Positions 9,448 to 20,441 of a stretch of DNA of 64,000 nt are shown in pieces (the stretch's first letter is position 1; each line of letters begins with the position of its first letter). The DNA is taken from assembly GCA_963845145.1 (NCBI GenBank), contig CAWJQU010000008.1, positions 352,001-416,000 of the forward strand, written 5' to 3'. A program made the position numbers and the translations under genes. This DNA is from an uncultured delta proteobacterium (GTDB lineage: Bacteria; Desulfobacterota; Desulfobacteria; Desulfobacterales; QNYZ01). The notes under the pieces were generated by a model. That model searched no databases and had not been told where the DNA came from. It saw only the letters and a list, made by a program, of their open reading frames with translations.

Positions 9448-11271
9448 ATGAGAAAAAATATTCCAGCCCGCTTAAAAACAATCACCGGTAAGGGCGGATC
9501 ATTTGATATTGCCCTGGCCGGTAAATGGACATTCAATTTCCTGATTATCGGCGTCATTGCAGGGCTGGGATCCATTATTTTTCACTATCTGTGTGTCGCC
9601 GGAATGCACTTTTTTCTGGACCTTCTGGCCGGTTACCGCCCGCCCTCACCGGCCGGCGAGCATCACCTGCTACCGCCGTCGACGACGCCTTTCAATCGCT
9701 ACATTTTGTTAATCCTTCCCGGGTTGGGGGGTATCTTCAGCGGCTGGCTGGTTTACACTTTTGCCCCCGAGGCCGAAGGCCATGGAACCGATGCAGCGAT
9801 CGACGCCTACCACAACAAGGGTGGGGCCATTCGCGGCCGCGTACCCATTATTAAAACCATTGCCTCGGCAATTACCCTGACTACCGGCGGGTCCGGTGGA
9901 CGTGAAGGGCCCATCGCTCAAATCGGGGCCGGTTTCGGATCTTTTCTGGCCACCCGCCTTCATTTATCCGACCGCGAGAGACGTATCATGATGGCCGCAG
10001 GAATCGGGGCCGGGGTGGGAAGTATTTTTCGAGCGCCGCTGGCCGGGGCCCTTTTTGCTGCCGAAGTCCTTTATCGGGATCCGGAGTTTGAATCGGAAGT
10101 GCTCATACCTGCCGGGATTTCTTCGGTGGTCGCCTATTGTGAATTTTGCCTGGTTTTTGGATGGGGATCCCTGTTCCAGTCACCGGATTTCGTCTTTACC
10201 AATCCCCTTGAACTCGGCCCCTACCTTGTTTTGACCCTTGTCCTGGTGGCAACCGGTTATTTATACGTTAAATCTTTTTACGGCATTACCTCTGTTTTTC
10301 ATGGTCTGGGCATTCCCAATCACTTCAAGCCGGCCATTGGAGGACTGATCACGGGTATGATCGGTTTTTTCTATCCCCATACCCTGGCTTTCGGCTACGG
10401 TTATGTCCAGGAAGCCCTTTCCAACCCGGCGGGCGTATCCATTATATTTTTGTTAACCCTGGGAATCGGTAAAATATTTACGACTTCTTTTTCCATTGGA
10501 TCAGGGGGTAGCGGTGGCGTCTTCGGCCCATCTGTGGTGGTGGGCGGCGCCATGGGAGGCGTTGTTGGAAAAGTGTTTCACCACATCATGCCGAATGTCG
10601 TTACCGAACCTGGCGCATTTATCGTCGTTGGCATGGCGGGGTTCTTTGCCGGTGTTTCCAACACCCCCATATCCACAATTATTTTTGTCAGCGAGATGAC
10701 CAACTCTTATCACCTGCTTTTGCCCAGTTTGCTGGTCTGCTCCGTATCTTACCTGGCCTCCAAACACTGGACGATCTTTCACAATCAGGTAAATGCTAAA
10801 GTCGAATCGCCGGCCCATGCCGGAGAATTTTTTGTTGATATTCTTCAGGCGATCCATGTCAAAGATCTGATGGATCGGGTCCACATGGTAAAACAGATCC
10901 CGGAAAAAATGCCTTTTCTCGAATTTAAAACCTTTTTGACCGGCACCAAACAACACTATTTCCCCGTTATGAATGATGACGGCCACCTGACAGGGGTCTT
11001 CTCCAGTACAGATATTCGCGCTGTCTTGTTTTCACAGGAAATTGAACAACTGGTGATTATGCGTGACATTGCCACCTCGGATATCATCGTCACCACGCCC
11101 TCGGAAGACCTCAACACCGTTTTGCAGAAGTTTACCATGAAAAATATCGACAGCTTGCCGGTGGTTAAAGAAGACGACACCAAACATCTCATTGGCATGC
11201 TGAATCGGCGCGATGTCATCGCCTTTTACAATGAAACCGTGCTTGAGCGTAAAGCACAGGCCGACGCGTGA
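9448..11271 (+). CDS. ClC-family chloride channel/H+ antiporter with C-terminal CBS pair
   Basis: GSGGREGP, FRAPLAG and GGSGGVFGPS motifs; many TM segments; CBS domains. Confidence 0.92.
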   Translation: MRKNIPARLKTITGKGGSFDIALAGKWTFNFLIIGVIAGLGSIIFHYLCVAGMHFFLDLLAGYRPPSPAGEHHLLPPSTTPFNRYILLILPGLGGIFSGWLVYTFAPEAEGHGTDAAIDAYHNKGGAIRGRVPIIKTIASAITLTTGGSGGREGPIAQIGAGFGSFLATRLHLSDRERRIMMAAGIGAGVGSIFRAPLAGALFAAEVLYRDPEFESEVLIPAGISSVVAYCEFCLVFGWGSLFQSPDFVFTNPLELGPYLVLTLVLVATGYLYVKSFYGITSVFHGLGIPNHFKPAIGGLITGMIGFFYPHTLAFGYGYVQEALSNPAGVSIIFLLTLGIGKIFTTSFSIGSGGSGGVFGPSVVVGGAMGGVVGKVFHHIMPNVVTEPGAFIVVGMAGFFAGVSNTPISTIIFVSEMTNSYHLLLPSLLVCSVSYLASKHWTIFHNQVNAKVESPAHAGEFFVDILQAIHVKDLMDRVHMVKQIPEKMPFLEFKTFLTGTKQHYFPVMNDDGHLTGVFSSTDIRAVLFSQEIEQLVIMRDIATSDIIVTTPSEDLNTVLQKFTMKNIDSLPVVKEDDTKHLIGMLNRRDVIAFYNETVLERKAQADA

Positions 11272-11373
11272 GACACGCCGATTCATTTGGGTTTTGCGGA
11301 TCTATTAATCAAACACGGGATCAAGCCTTGTTTATTATCAATAATAGGCCTGTTCTCAATACTGGGTCTATTC

Positions 11374-12129
11374 TCAATACTTAACCTGGACCAGAAACAA
11401 CCCTTGCGGAGGAGCTGTTGGACCGGCCAGGGTGCGATCTTTGGCAGCGAGGATTTGTTTAACATTCTCCGGTGACCATTTTGATAATCCCACCTCCACC
11501 AATGTTCCCACAATATTACGCACCATGAATCGCAAAAATCCATTGGCCTCGATGTCAAAAACCAAAAAACCCGATTTTTTTCGCGACAGCGCGGCCTTCA
11601 TCACCTGTCGGACGCTACTCTTTCGGGGACTGCCGGCCCCTTCAAAGGACGTAAAATCATGCAAGCCGACGAGATGGTCGGCCGCACGTTGCATGGCCTC
11701 GGTATCCAAGGGACGCCGCAGGTGCCAAGCATAGTGCCGGCCGATGGCATCCGGTAGGGATCGATTAAGAATCCGATAGCGGTAAATCTTGCTGATCGCA
11801 TCATAGCGGGGATGAAAAGAATCGGGAACCACTTCTAAAGCTCGAATAACGATATCGGCCGGTAAAAGGCTGTTTAAAGCGCTAAACAGTTGCTGAACTG
11901 AAAGCGACGTATTGACCGTAAAAGCGGCGACCTGTCCCAGCGCGTGAACCCCTGCATCGGTACGCCCCGACGCGGCCACGCGTAATTTTTTCCGGGTTAG
12001 GCGGAGAAGTACTTTTTCTATCGCACCCTGCACGGTCGGTACGCCATTTTGGACCTGCCAACCGCTGAAAGCAGTGCCGTCATATTCAATAATCATTTTA
12101 AACATGGTCGTCATAGTCGTATTCATCAT
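11374..12129 (-). CDS. truA: tRNA pseudouridine(38-40) synthase; exact start uncertain
   Basis: YDGTAFSGWQ, SGRTDAGVHA, NGFLRFMVR, TAPPQGL. Confidence 0.96.
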   Translation of the reverse strand: MMNTTMTTMFKMIIEYDGTAFSGWQVQNGVPTVQGAIEKVLLRLTRKKLRVAASGRTDAGVHALGQVAAFTVNTSLSVQQLFSALNSLLPADIVIRALEVVPDSFHPRYDAISKIYRYRILNRSLPDAIGRHYAWHLRRPLDTEAMQRAADHLVGLHDFTSFEGAGSPRKSSVRQVMKAALSRKKSGFLVFDIEANGFLRFMVRNIVGTLVEVGLSKWSPENVKQILAAKDRTLAGPTAPPQGLFLVQVKY

Positions 12130-12146
12130 CTTTAACGCATCGCCAT

Positions 12147-13064
12147 TTATCCAATCAACAGCATCACAAAGCTCAAGGAAAAAAATGACAGGATGGTTGA
12201 CAAAACAATAGTAGCCGAGGCCAGATTCGTATCACTATTTAATTGGGAGGAGAGAATAATAATGCTTGTTGCCGTAGGCAGGGCAAAGAATAACATGGCA
12301 ACCTGGTAAGGCAACCCGGTCACACCGAACCATTTTAGAAAGTAATACCCCGTCAATGGAAACAAGATCAGTTTGAATCCCGCCGCTACCAACGACTGTG
12401 CAAAGTATCCGCGCAACGCCTGGAAAGTCAAGGTTCCGCCAATAGATAAAAGGGCCAGGGGTAGTGTCACTGCAGCGGCCAGCCGCAAAGTGTTGTCTAA
12501 AAACATCGGAAATCCATTCGCCACCCGCGCATAAAGCATACCGGCCACACAGGCAAGGATGAGGGGGTTAATGATCAATGCCCGTATAATGATCCCAATG
12601 CGCTGGTTGATTCGAACCCGTCTATCGGAAAACCAGATTAGCATCGAGACGGACAGAATATTGATCAGTGGAATCATCACTCCGATCAAAATTCCAAAAT
12701 AGCGCACACCCGCTTCGCCCAAGACGTTCATAACGACAGCCATGCCGATGTAGCTGTTAAACCGATAGCTACTCTGGGAAAACGTGCCGGCTTGAAAGTT
12801 GCCCACCCCAAACAGCTTGATATACAAAGTACTGATAATATAAACTGTCGCCAGGGCACATACCGCTGCCTGGCAATAAGCCCATTGGATGCCCGATTGA
12901 GTCGGCGTCCCACCGATCTTCCAGAATAACATGGCTGGGAAGAAAATATAATAAACCAGACGATCCGACAGGGTCAAAAAGGCGTCGTTGGTCAAACCAC
13001 GATTTTTCAGCAGATAACCCAGAATAATAAGGGTTAATATCGGTAAAAGATTATCAACAATCAT
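12147..13064 (-). CDS. AEC (auxin efflux carrier)-family transporter
   Basis: About 10 hydrophobic segments; YYIFFPAMLF, RFNSYIG, NPLILA, PLALLSIG. Confidence 0.85.
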   Translation of the reverse strand: MIVDNLLPILTLIILGYLLKNRGLTNDAFLTLSDRLVYYIFFPAMLFWKIGGTPTQSGIQWAYCQAAVCALATVYIISTLYIKLFGVGNFQAGTFSQSSYRFNSYIGMAVVMNVLGEAGVRYFGILIGVMIPLINILSVSMLIWFSDRRVRINQRIGIIIRALIINPLILACVAGMLYARVANGFPMFLDNTLRLAAAVTLPLALLSIGGTLTFQALRGYFAQSLVAAGFKLILFPLTGYYFLKWFGVTGLPYQVAMLFFALPTATSIIILSSQLNSDTNLASATIVLSTILSFFSLSFVMLLIG

Positions 13065-13280
13065 GATAGGAATCAATTATTCACTTTGAATTACCATTTG
13101 AATATTGTATGAAACGGGAACTTGTGTGACCCTGAGTATTGCATAGCCTGACATTGATTTAAATCGGGATATGACTTAAATCGGGATATGGAGCAAATCC
13201 GGGTCTCAGGGCCTTTTAGAAAGACCCCCAGTAAATGTCAATGCAAACCATTGGCTATACAAAATCTTATTGAACGAGCA

Positions 13281-14276
13281 ATGATTATTAAAGAAGCGCA
13301 AAATGTTTTAAAAATTGAGGCAGAGGGCATCGAAAGCCTGATTGGGCGTCTTGGCCATGATTTTGAAAAGATGGTCAAAAAAATCTATCAATCCCCGGGA
13401 CGTGTGATCGTTAGCGGCATTGGTAAATCCGGAATTGTCGGCCGAAAAATTGTGGCCACGCTGAACAGTACGGGCACGCGCTCACTGTTTCTCCACCCGG
13501 TTGAAGCCATGCATGGCGACCTGGGCCAGGTCGGACCTGACGACATTATTTTGGCTTTATCGTATAGCGGCGAAACCGATGAGCTCAATACTCTCTTGCC
13601 GAGCATTCGACGACTGGGGTGCACCATCGTCGCCTTTACCGGAAAACCTCAAGCTTCGACGCTGGCAAAAATGAGTGATATCATCATTGATGTCAGCATC
13701 CCCAAAGAGGCCTGCCCCATGGGCTTGGCCCCCACAACCAGCACAACGGCCATGATGGCCATGGGAGATGCATTAGCCGTTGTACTGATCAATAAACATC
13801 ACTTTAAAGCCAGTGATTTTAAAAAATTCCATCCCGGCGGCCATCTGGGCCAACAATTATCCGGCCGTATCGGGGACATTATGCTCACCAAAGAAAAAAT
13901 CCCCTCTGTGAAAAAGGGAAAAAAAATGGCCGAGGCCCTTGAATGCATGGATAATGGGGGTTTGGGTGTGGTTTTGGTAGTCACCGATGATGCCAGGCTG
14001 GCCGGAATCATAACCGACGGCGATATTAGACGCATGCTGGCAAGAAAAATAGATGTCCGCCAGTTGCTTGTGGATGATGCAATGACGGCCAATCCCCACT
14101 CGATTCGACCGGAAATGCCCGCTTATGAAACCCTGTACCTCATGGAATCCCGTGAAATTACGGTATTGCCCATTGTGGACAAAGACAATATCGTGCAGGG
14201 AATTGTTCATCTTCATAATATATTGGGCAAGGGACGGTTCCGATTCAATCCTGACTGGTCCAAGACCGCCACTTAA
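13281..14276 (+). CDS. kdsD: Arabinose-5-phosphate isomerase (KdsD/KpsF), SIS plus CBS
   Basis: GIGKSG, HPVEAMHGDLG, EACPMGLAPTTST, FHPGG; start placed at MIIKEA. Confidence 0.92.
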   Translation: MIIKEAQNVLKIEAEGIESLIGRLGHDFEKMVKKIYQSPGRVIVSGIGKSGIVGRKIVATLNSTGTRSLFLHPVEAMHGDLGQVGPDDIILALSYSGETDELNTLLPSIRRLGCTIVAFTGKPQASTLAKMSDIIIDVSIPKEACPMGLAPTTSTTAMMAMGDALAVVLINKHHFKASDFKKFHPGGHLGQQLSGRIGDIMLTKEKIPSVKKGKKMAEALECMDNGGLGVVLVVTDDARLAGIITDGDIRRMLARKIDVRQLLVDDAMTANPHSIRPEMPAYETLYLMESREITVLPIVDKDNIVQGIVHLHNILGKGRFRFNPDWSKTAT

Positions 14277-14310
14277 AACCGATCTATCACTCGAATAATG
14301 GGAAACCACC

Positions 14311-15642
14311 ATGGATACAACGGTTAATACCATTGATACATCAATCGATGTTCTGGGGCCAGCCAAAATTCCATCCCCTTTGGCCAGCCGGTTAAATAAC
14401 GATGGATCCGGTTTCACATCGGATACCGACCGGGTACTCATCGATATCGATGCCGAACGCATCACCACCCTCTATCGACAGGGACAGGTTCCACCATCCC
14501 TTGAGTGTGCCGGCCCCCGACATGAAATCTATTTCGATCCCAGCAAAATTCGATGTGCCCTGGTGACTTGCGGTGGTATCTGTCCGGGGCTAAACGCCAT
14601 CATCCGCTCGGTGGTTCTGGAGCTCTATTATGGTTACGGTGTCCACCACATTTACGGCATCCGTTACGGTCTTCAGGGATTTATTGCCCAATACCAGCAT
14701 GACGTCCTGGACCTCACCCCGGAATTCGTGGCAAACATCATGAAACAGGGTGGGACGGTACTCGGATCATCCCGTGGTGAGCAGGATATGGACGCCATTG
14801 TCGATTGTCTAGATCGAACCGGCATCGGGGCTTTGTTTATGATCGGCGGTGACGGGACGCTCGTGGCCGCGGAGCGAATCGCCGATACCGTTTTATCCCG
14901 AGGCATGAAGACCAGCGTTATCGGCATCCCCAAAACCATCGATAACGATATTCATATGGTTTCCCGCTCATTTGGATTCGATACGGCCGTGGATGTGGCC
15001 ACCCAGGCCATTCGTGCAGCGCACAATGAAGCCGTCGGCTATCCAAACGGAATCGGCCTGATTAAATTGATGGGCCGTTACTCGGGGTTTATTGCCACCA
15101 CGGCCAGCCTGGCGGAACAAGATGTCAACTTTGTACTGATTCCCGAAGTTGATTTTGACCTGGACGGTCCTTCAGGTTTGTTTGCCGCGCTCGCCGAGCG
15201 GTTGGGCCAAAGAAAGCATGCCGTGATTGTGGTTGCGGAAGGTGCCGGTCAAAAACTTTTCGCCAAAAAGCGAGTGCAAACGGATGAATCGGGCAATATT
15301 AAATTACGGGATATCGGCCGCTTCTTAAAAAATGAAATTGCCGTCTATTTTGAACAAAAGCAAGCCGATATTACCATTAAATATATTGACCCCAGCTACA
15401 TTATCCGCAGCCTGCCGGCCAATGCCAATGATCAGGTATTTTGTAATTTTCTGGGCAGAAATGCGGTTCACGCCGCCATGGCCGGAAAAACCAAGGTATT
15501 GGTCGGCCACTTGAACGACTGCTTCGTACACGTTCCCATGAGGCTGTCGGCAGGCAAACGCAAACAGGTAAATCCCCAGGGCGAGCTATGGCGAAGCGTT
15601 CTGGCCGCCACCGGTCAGGGGTCATTATTGGCAACACCTTGA
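14311..15642 (+). CDS. pfkA: ATP-dependent 6-phosphofructokinase
   Basis: TCGGICPG, IGGDG (Gly form, ATP type), PKTIDND, LMGRYSG, YIDPSYIIRS. Confidence 0.9.
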   Translation: MDTTVNTIDTSIDVLGPAKIPSPLASRLNNDGSGFTSDTDRVLIDIDAERITTLYRQGQVPPSLECAGPRHEIYFDPSKIRCALVTCGGICPGLNAIIRSVVLELYYGYGVHHIYGIRYGLQGFIAQYQHDVLDLTPEFVANIMKQGGTVLGSSRGEQDMDAIVDCLDRTGIGALFMIGGDGTLVAAERIADTVLSRGMKTSVIGIPKTIDNDIHMVSRSFGFDTAVDVATQAIRAAHNEAVGYPNGIGLIKLMGRYSGFIATTASLAEQDVNFVLIPEVDFDLDGPSGLFAALAERLGQRKHAVIVVAEGAGQKLFAKKRVQTDESGNIKLRDIGRFLKNEIAVYFEQKQADITIKYIDPSYIIRSLPANANDQVFCNFLGRNAVHAAMAGKTKVLVGHLNDCFVHVPMRLSAGKRKQVNPQGELWRSVLAATGQGSLLATP

Positions 15643-15741
15643 GCAGACCAATCCCATCGAAACCATTTCCCCGGGCCGGTCTCCCGATCCAGTCTTCTGG
15701 GCCGTAAAACAGATGAATGGCCCAAAGGGCCTTATGTTGCC

Positions 15742-17622
15742 TTAAGGTTTCAATTCAAGAAATTGGTTACCTTTAATCGTAAGCATCATCATCGTTTTCT
15801 TAACATCCCCGTCGGTTTGAAATGTGGTATTCCCGGTGACCCCCGGATAATCGGTTAGTTGCAGCAGTTCGTCTCGAATCAGGTTGCGATAGGCCGCCTC
15901 AGAGCGATTGATAATGCCAAACAGAATCATGGCCGTATCATAAGCAATCGCCTCGAGAAACCCGGGTTTTTTACCAAATACAGCCTCAAATTCATCGACA
16001 AATCCGGTAATGCGCCAGGATGCTGCCTCGGGGAAGAAAGCCACCGGCAGAATACTACCCTGAACAAATTGACGGGCCATATCCACAAGTTGGGGTGAAT
16101 ACCACAAGTTGGTTCCTAAAAGATATACGCCTTCAATGTCATGATAAGTGAGTTGGGGAATCAACAGACCGGCTTTTTCCGGCCCGTCAGGAATGAAAAT
16201 GGCCTCAAAATCGACGTCCGCTCGACCTTTGTTGCTTCCGGATTTCTTAGCGTGGGCAAGGAGTTTCTTGATGGCTCCTCTAAAATCGGTTTGATCCGGT
16301 GCGTAGGCTTCGATTCGGGTCACTTCACCGCCATGGGCCAGGGCCTGATCCCAAAAGTGATGCATAAAGGCTACCCCGTATTTTTCGGAAGGGTATAGAA
16401 CGGCAAAACGCTTCACCCCCAGGTGGTTCATGGCATACATCACGAGGGCATCGGTTTGAATACGCGGGGTGATGAAATTTCGAAAAATATAATCCCCCGT
16501 TTGGGGAATGTTTTCTTTTTGGGTAAGTGTCATCAACGGAATGCCCAACTTCTGGGCATGGGGTGCTACCTTTTCGGCCGTAACCATTGGCCCGATAATG
16601 GCCGTCACACCCGCCTCGGCCAACTCATGAAAAGCGTTCAGGGCCTGGTGTGGATCTCCGCCGGTATCCTTAACGATAATTCGCACCGGTTGCTTTCCGC
16701 TACCGGCGGAGAATTGATGTTGAGCCAATTCTACCCCTTCCAGGGCCTGGGCGCCGAATTGGGCATATGGCCCGCTCAAGGGAAAAAGGCAGCCGATAGT
16801 GTCGCGCTCAACCGTCATGTTTCGAAGGTCATCGACGGTTATCATTGCCATAGAAATTTCCGGGTGTTCGGGATAACTGTCGATAAACTCATTAAAAACA
16901 GTCAGGGCATCCGAATAATTTCCTTCATCCATCAACCGGCGGCCTGCCAGAAATAAAAGATCTCCCTGGGCCGCACCATGCGCCAGGTCATCAACGGTTG
17001 CTTGCAGATCAGCCGTGGGCATCTGTTCGGTGGCATATTCGAGTTTTTGGGCAATGCTTTCTTTGGCCTCCCCTTCAGCAAGATTATATGCTTCGGCATA
17101 GGCCCTTACCGCCGCCCGATAGGAGGCCTGAAGCATATACGTATCACCAAGTAGTCGAAAAATATTCGCGCGTCGGAAATTTTCATTGGCTGCCATCAAT
17201 GCGCCATCTGCCTGTTCAATTACCCGCTCATACTCTCGCTGGGCAAACAATATCTCCAGAATCTTTTGCTGGGCGTCCGGCGACCAGGGACTTTGAGGGT
17301 ATTGATTGACGAGCTGTCGAAAATCAAATAGCGCCAGGTCCAAATCATCCCTGGCTTGGGCAATCACCCCCTTTTGCATCAGGACTTCATCGACATGCGC
17401 GCCTTGGGGAAATTGTTTAAGATATGTCTCATAAAGGGCATAAGCCTTTTGATCCTCTTGAGCGCCTAAAGCCGCCCGTGCATCGGCAAGCAGCGATTCC
17501 TCGGTAATGACCGACGGAATTTCAGGTAAAGGGCCGGCAACATCCACAGCCACCTCTTTTTTAACACAGGCGCAAATCAAACATACGAGCAATAGGTACC
17601 GAGCCAGACAGTATTTTTTCAT
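15742..17622 (-). CDS. Lipoprotein with TPR repeats and LppC/ABC substrate-binding-like domain (penicillin-binding protein activator-like)
   Basis: Lipobox LICAC, TPR-like helical repeats, IGCLFPLSG..G and AIIGP, GVTG..F C-terminus. Confidence 0.8.
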   Translation of the reverse strand: MKKYCLARYLLLVCLICACVKKEVAVDVAGPLPEIPSVITEESLLADARAALGAQEDQKAYALYETYLKQFPQGAHVDEVLMQKGVIAQARDDLDLALFDFRQLVNQYPQSPWSPDAQQKILEILFAQREYERVIEQADGALMAANENFRRANIFRLLGDTYMLQASYRAAVRAYAEAYNLAEGEAKESIAQKLEYATEQMPTADLQATVDDLAHGAAQGDLLFLAGRRLMDEGNYSDALTVFNEFIDSYPEHPEISMAMITVDDLRNMTVERDTIGCLFPLSGPYAQFGAQALEGVELAQHQFSAGSGKQPVRIIVKDTGGDPHQALNAFHELAEAGVTAIIGPMVTAEKVAPHAQKLGIPLMTLTQKENIPQTGDYIFRNFITPRIQTDALVMYAMNHLGVKRFAVLYPSEKYGVAFMHHFWDQALAHGGEVTRIEAYAPDQTDFRGAIKKLLAHAKKSGSNKGRADVDFEAIFIPDGPEKAGLLIPQLTYHDIEGVYLLGTNLWYSPQLVDMARQFVQGSILPVAFFPEAASWRITGFVDEFEAVFGKKPGFLEAIAYDTAMILFGIINRSEAAYRNLIRDELLQLTDYPGVTGNTTFQTDGDVKKTMMMLTIKGNQFLELKP

Positions 17623-17909
17623 CAATGCCGTTCCATCTTGTTTAATATCTCCCCATTAATCTAAACCCGCCCTGAAAACTTCGTTTTGAGATGATCCAGT
17701 ATCATTTCATTCACATTTAATATCTGCGATTGCTCATACCATTTTACATGCCATGACACAATTCAAACCAAACGGGGACAAGTGCCGACCCTTCCGACCA
17801 TTTGGCCCATATTTTATTTGACTCATCATTCGGGTTTGTTTATTCATTTCCGACAACCGAATATAATAGGCATATTTTGAGCCATTAACAAACCAAAGGA
17901 GACCTATTC

Positions 17910-19376
17910 ATGCTGAAGTTATCCACACTCGATCCCGTAAAATCAAAATGTAAGGCCTTGGCCATCCCGGTGGCTGAAGATAAAAACCTCCACCATGACC
18001 ATGCCATCAATACCCTAATTAAACAGGTCAAAGGGTATAAAGAATTCAAAGGCGCTGAGGGTGATGTCATTGTTTATCACGAACCGCAGCAAATAAATGC
18101 CCGGCGGGTCATTCTGGTCGGTGTTGGCAAAACAGCTGGGATCGATTTTGAAAAATTGCGCATCATGGGTGGCCGGAGCGTAAAGAAAGCCATAGCCCTG
18201 GATCTAACCGATATTGCCATCCTGGTTCCTACTACCAAAGCCCTCAAGCTGAAACCGGAAGATACCATAACCGCTCTTGGTGAGGGTGCCCGCCTGGCCA
18301 ACCATCTCTTTGACAAGTATAAAAAACCCAAACATCCGGCTTTAAAACAGATCAAACTTGTTGTCGCGAAATCGGCCGGTACAAAATACCGCGCCCTTCC
18401 CGGCCGAATCAATACGATCTGCAAGGGAACCCTTCTGGCTCGTGATTGGATCAATATCCCGGCCAATGACAAACCGCCGGCCGTTTTTGCCCGGAAAATC
18501 AAACAGGCGGCCCAAAAGGCCGGTGTAAAGGTTGAGATCAAAGATGAGCAATGGCTGAAAAAAAATCATTTCAACACCATGCTGGCCGTCGCTCAAGGAA
18601 GCCGCAACCGGCCACGATTGGTCGTATTAAAGCATCAACCCAAAGGCGCTAAAAAATCGGTTGTGTTAGTAGGGAAAGGTGTCACTTTTGATTCCGGTGG
18701 CCTTAACCTAAAACCTACGGGTTCTATCGAAACGATGAAGTGTGATATGTCCGGGGCCGCTGCTATGGCGGCAACACTCATTACCGCCGCGCAATGTAAT
18801 CTGAACATTAACCTGGTGGGTGTTCTTCCCGTTGTGGAGAATATGCCCTCGGGAAACGCCTTTCGGCCGGGAGATATCATCAAGACCTGGGCGGGTAAAA
18901 CCGTTGAAATCGGCAACACAGATGCCGAAGGACGTTTGATCCTGATCGATGCCATGGCATGGGCCATCGATACCTTCGCCCCACAGGTAACGATTGATAT
19001 GGCCACATTAACCGGTGCCTGCATGGTGGCACTGGGTGAGCATATCGCCGGCGTTTTTACTTCTGACAATTCCCTGGCCGACGCCCTTACGCAGGCTGGT
19101 GAATACACCCATGAACGTTGCTGGCGGTTGCCCCTGCCCGAGGATTATAAAGAACAGCTCAAAAGTGATGTGGCCGATACAGGTAATATCAGCAGCGGCC
19201 GCTGGGGCGGTGCTATTACGGCGGCCTTGTTTTTATCTGAATTTGCCAAGAATACCCGATGGGCCCACATCGACATCGCCGGGCCGGCCTTTTTGAAAAA
19301 GGGGAGCGCTTACGGCGAGGCTGGTGGCACAGGTTTCGGCGTGCGACTTCTGCACCGATTCTTAGAAACGCTCTAA
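17910..19376 (+). CDS. pepA: Leucyl aminopeptidase (M17)
   Basis: GKGVTFDSGG, MKCDMSGA, NTDAEGRL, WAHIDIAG. Confidence 0.95.
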   Translation: MLKLSTLDPVKSKCKALAIPVAEDKNLHHDHAINTLIKQVKGYKEFKGAEGDVIVYHEPQQINARRVILVGVGKTAGIDFEKLRIMGGRSVKKAIALDLTDIAILVPTTKALKLKPEDTITALGEGARLANHLFDKYKKPKHPALKQIKLVVAKSAGTKYRALPGRINTICKGTLLARDWINIPANDKPPAVFARKIKQAAQKAGVKVEIKDEQWLKKNHFNTMLAVAQGSRNRPRLVVLKHQPKGAKKSVVLVGKGVTFDSGGLNLKPTGSIETMKCDMSGAAAMAATLITAAQCNLNINLVGVLPVVENMPSGNAFRPGDIIKTWAGKTVEIGNTDAEGRLILIDAMAWAIDTFAPQVTIDMATLTGACMVALGEHIAGVFTSDNSLADALTQAGEYTHERCWRLPLPEDYKEQLKSDVADTGNISSGRWGGAITAALFLSEFAKNTRWAHIDIAGPAFLKKGSAYGEAGGTGFGVRLLHRFLETL

Positions 19377-19380
19377 AGTC

Positions 19381-19459
19381 CTAAGGCTGAGTTCCACCCG
19401 CAGTGCGGGTGGGCTCAGGAGAGCCCTACGGCGGCGGGAATACCCTGTCGCCCCTTTAG
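19381..19459. repeat. GC-rich double-hairpin element between convergent genes (REP-like or terminator)
   Basis: CTGAG..CCACCCGC-AGT-GCGGGTGG..CTCAG and GGCGGCGGG-AATA-CCCTGTCGCC. Confidence 0.45.
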
Positions 19460-19481
19460 ATTACATAAATTGAGAAGCGAG

Positions 19482-20441
19482 CTATAGATGGATTTTGAGT
19501 AGGTAAATATTGTCTTCAATTAAAAATTGTTGGTCTACCACATATTTTTTATCGGGCAACAAATCGATCACAACCCTAGTTTTCGCACGGTCCTCAAAAT
19601 GCCGCCCCAGACGGATGGATCGAACGATGCCGCTATTGACATCAATCCGCTTTTCCAGTTTTGAAGCCGGTCGCAAACCATAAAAATCGCACACCACTCT
19701 CGGGCGGGCGCCGGTAATCACCTCTGTTTTGGGAAGACAGTAATCGTCGAGCTCAATGAGGATTTTTCCGCCTTCAACGGTCAGGCTATCCGTTCGAATG
19801 GCTTTGATAAGGCCCTCTTTATTTACAGCCGGGGAAGGAGGCCCCTCTGAAAAGAGCATTCGGTGCGCCCAACCGCTACGTCCATCTTCGGTATGGATCT
19901 GAAGCCAGGCCCCTTCTTCGTCAATGACATTGACCTGCTCCCCTTTATAAAGAAACGATTTAATCGCGGCATCCTTCGCTGCTTCCTGCCGAACCCGCCC
20001 CGTCGGGACGCGCACATAAAGAGACGTTGAGCGCGTTGATGAAACAATCTCGGCCTGGGTTTCAACTCTTGTTTCACTTTTCATGACACCATGTTCTTCC
20101 GCAACCTTTTGGCCATCCGGTGTGATATCGGACTGAGCAACCGCTTGAGTATCGAGCGGCACTCGTATTTTGACCTGCATATCGGGTAACGGTATGGCGC
20201 CTTGCGTATCGTGTTCCGGAATCACGTTCACAATGGCAAAACGGGTTGGCGGCGGTTCCTTTTGTGCCGCAGCAGCATCATAGTTAGACAATCCATCGGC
20301 ACTGATACCGATAAGGAAATAATAGATGATACCCGTGGCCACTACGAATAAAGCCAGCGAGGCTATCAGGGCACCCACCGAGGTGGCCCCTGATGGGCTG
20401 ATTGATCGAAATTTTCGAATGGCAGGTTGGGTGAAGCGCAT
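19482..20441 (-). CDS. Membrane-anchored SH3b plus AMIN-like domain protein
   Basis: N-terminal TM; SH3-like VR..GEQV..WLQI..GWAH; AMIN-like PRVVCDF..IRLG..RVVIDL. Confidence 0.7.
   Translation of the reverse strand: MRFTQPAIRKFRSISPSGATSVGALIASLALFVVATGIIYYFLIGISADGLSNYDAAAAQKEPPPTRFAIVNVIPEHDTQGAIPLPDMQVKIRVPLDTQAVAQSDITPDGQKVAEEHGVMKSETRVETQAEIVSSTRSTSLYVRVPTGRVRQEAAKDAAIKSFLYKGEQVNVIDEEGAWLQIHTEDGRSGWAHRMLFSEGPPSPAVNKEGLIKAIRTDSLTVEGGKILIELDDYCLPKTEVITGARPRVVCDFYGLRPASKLEKRIDVNSGIVRSIRLGRHFEDRAKTRVVIDLLPDKKYVVDQQFLIEDNIYLLKIHL

Noticed and set aside
11335..11381. Imperfect 18-bp triplication including the truA stop
   Set aside because: Looks like local slippage between convergent genes; no functional hint.
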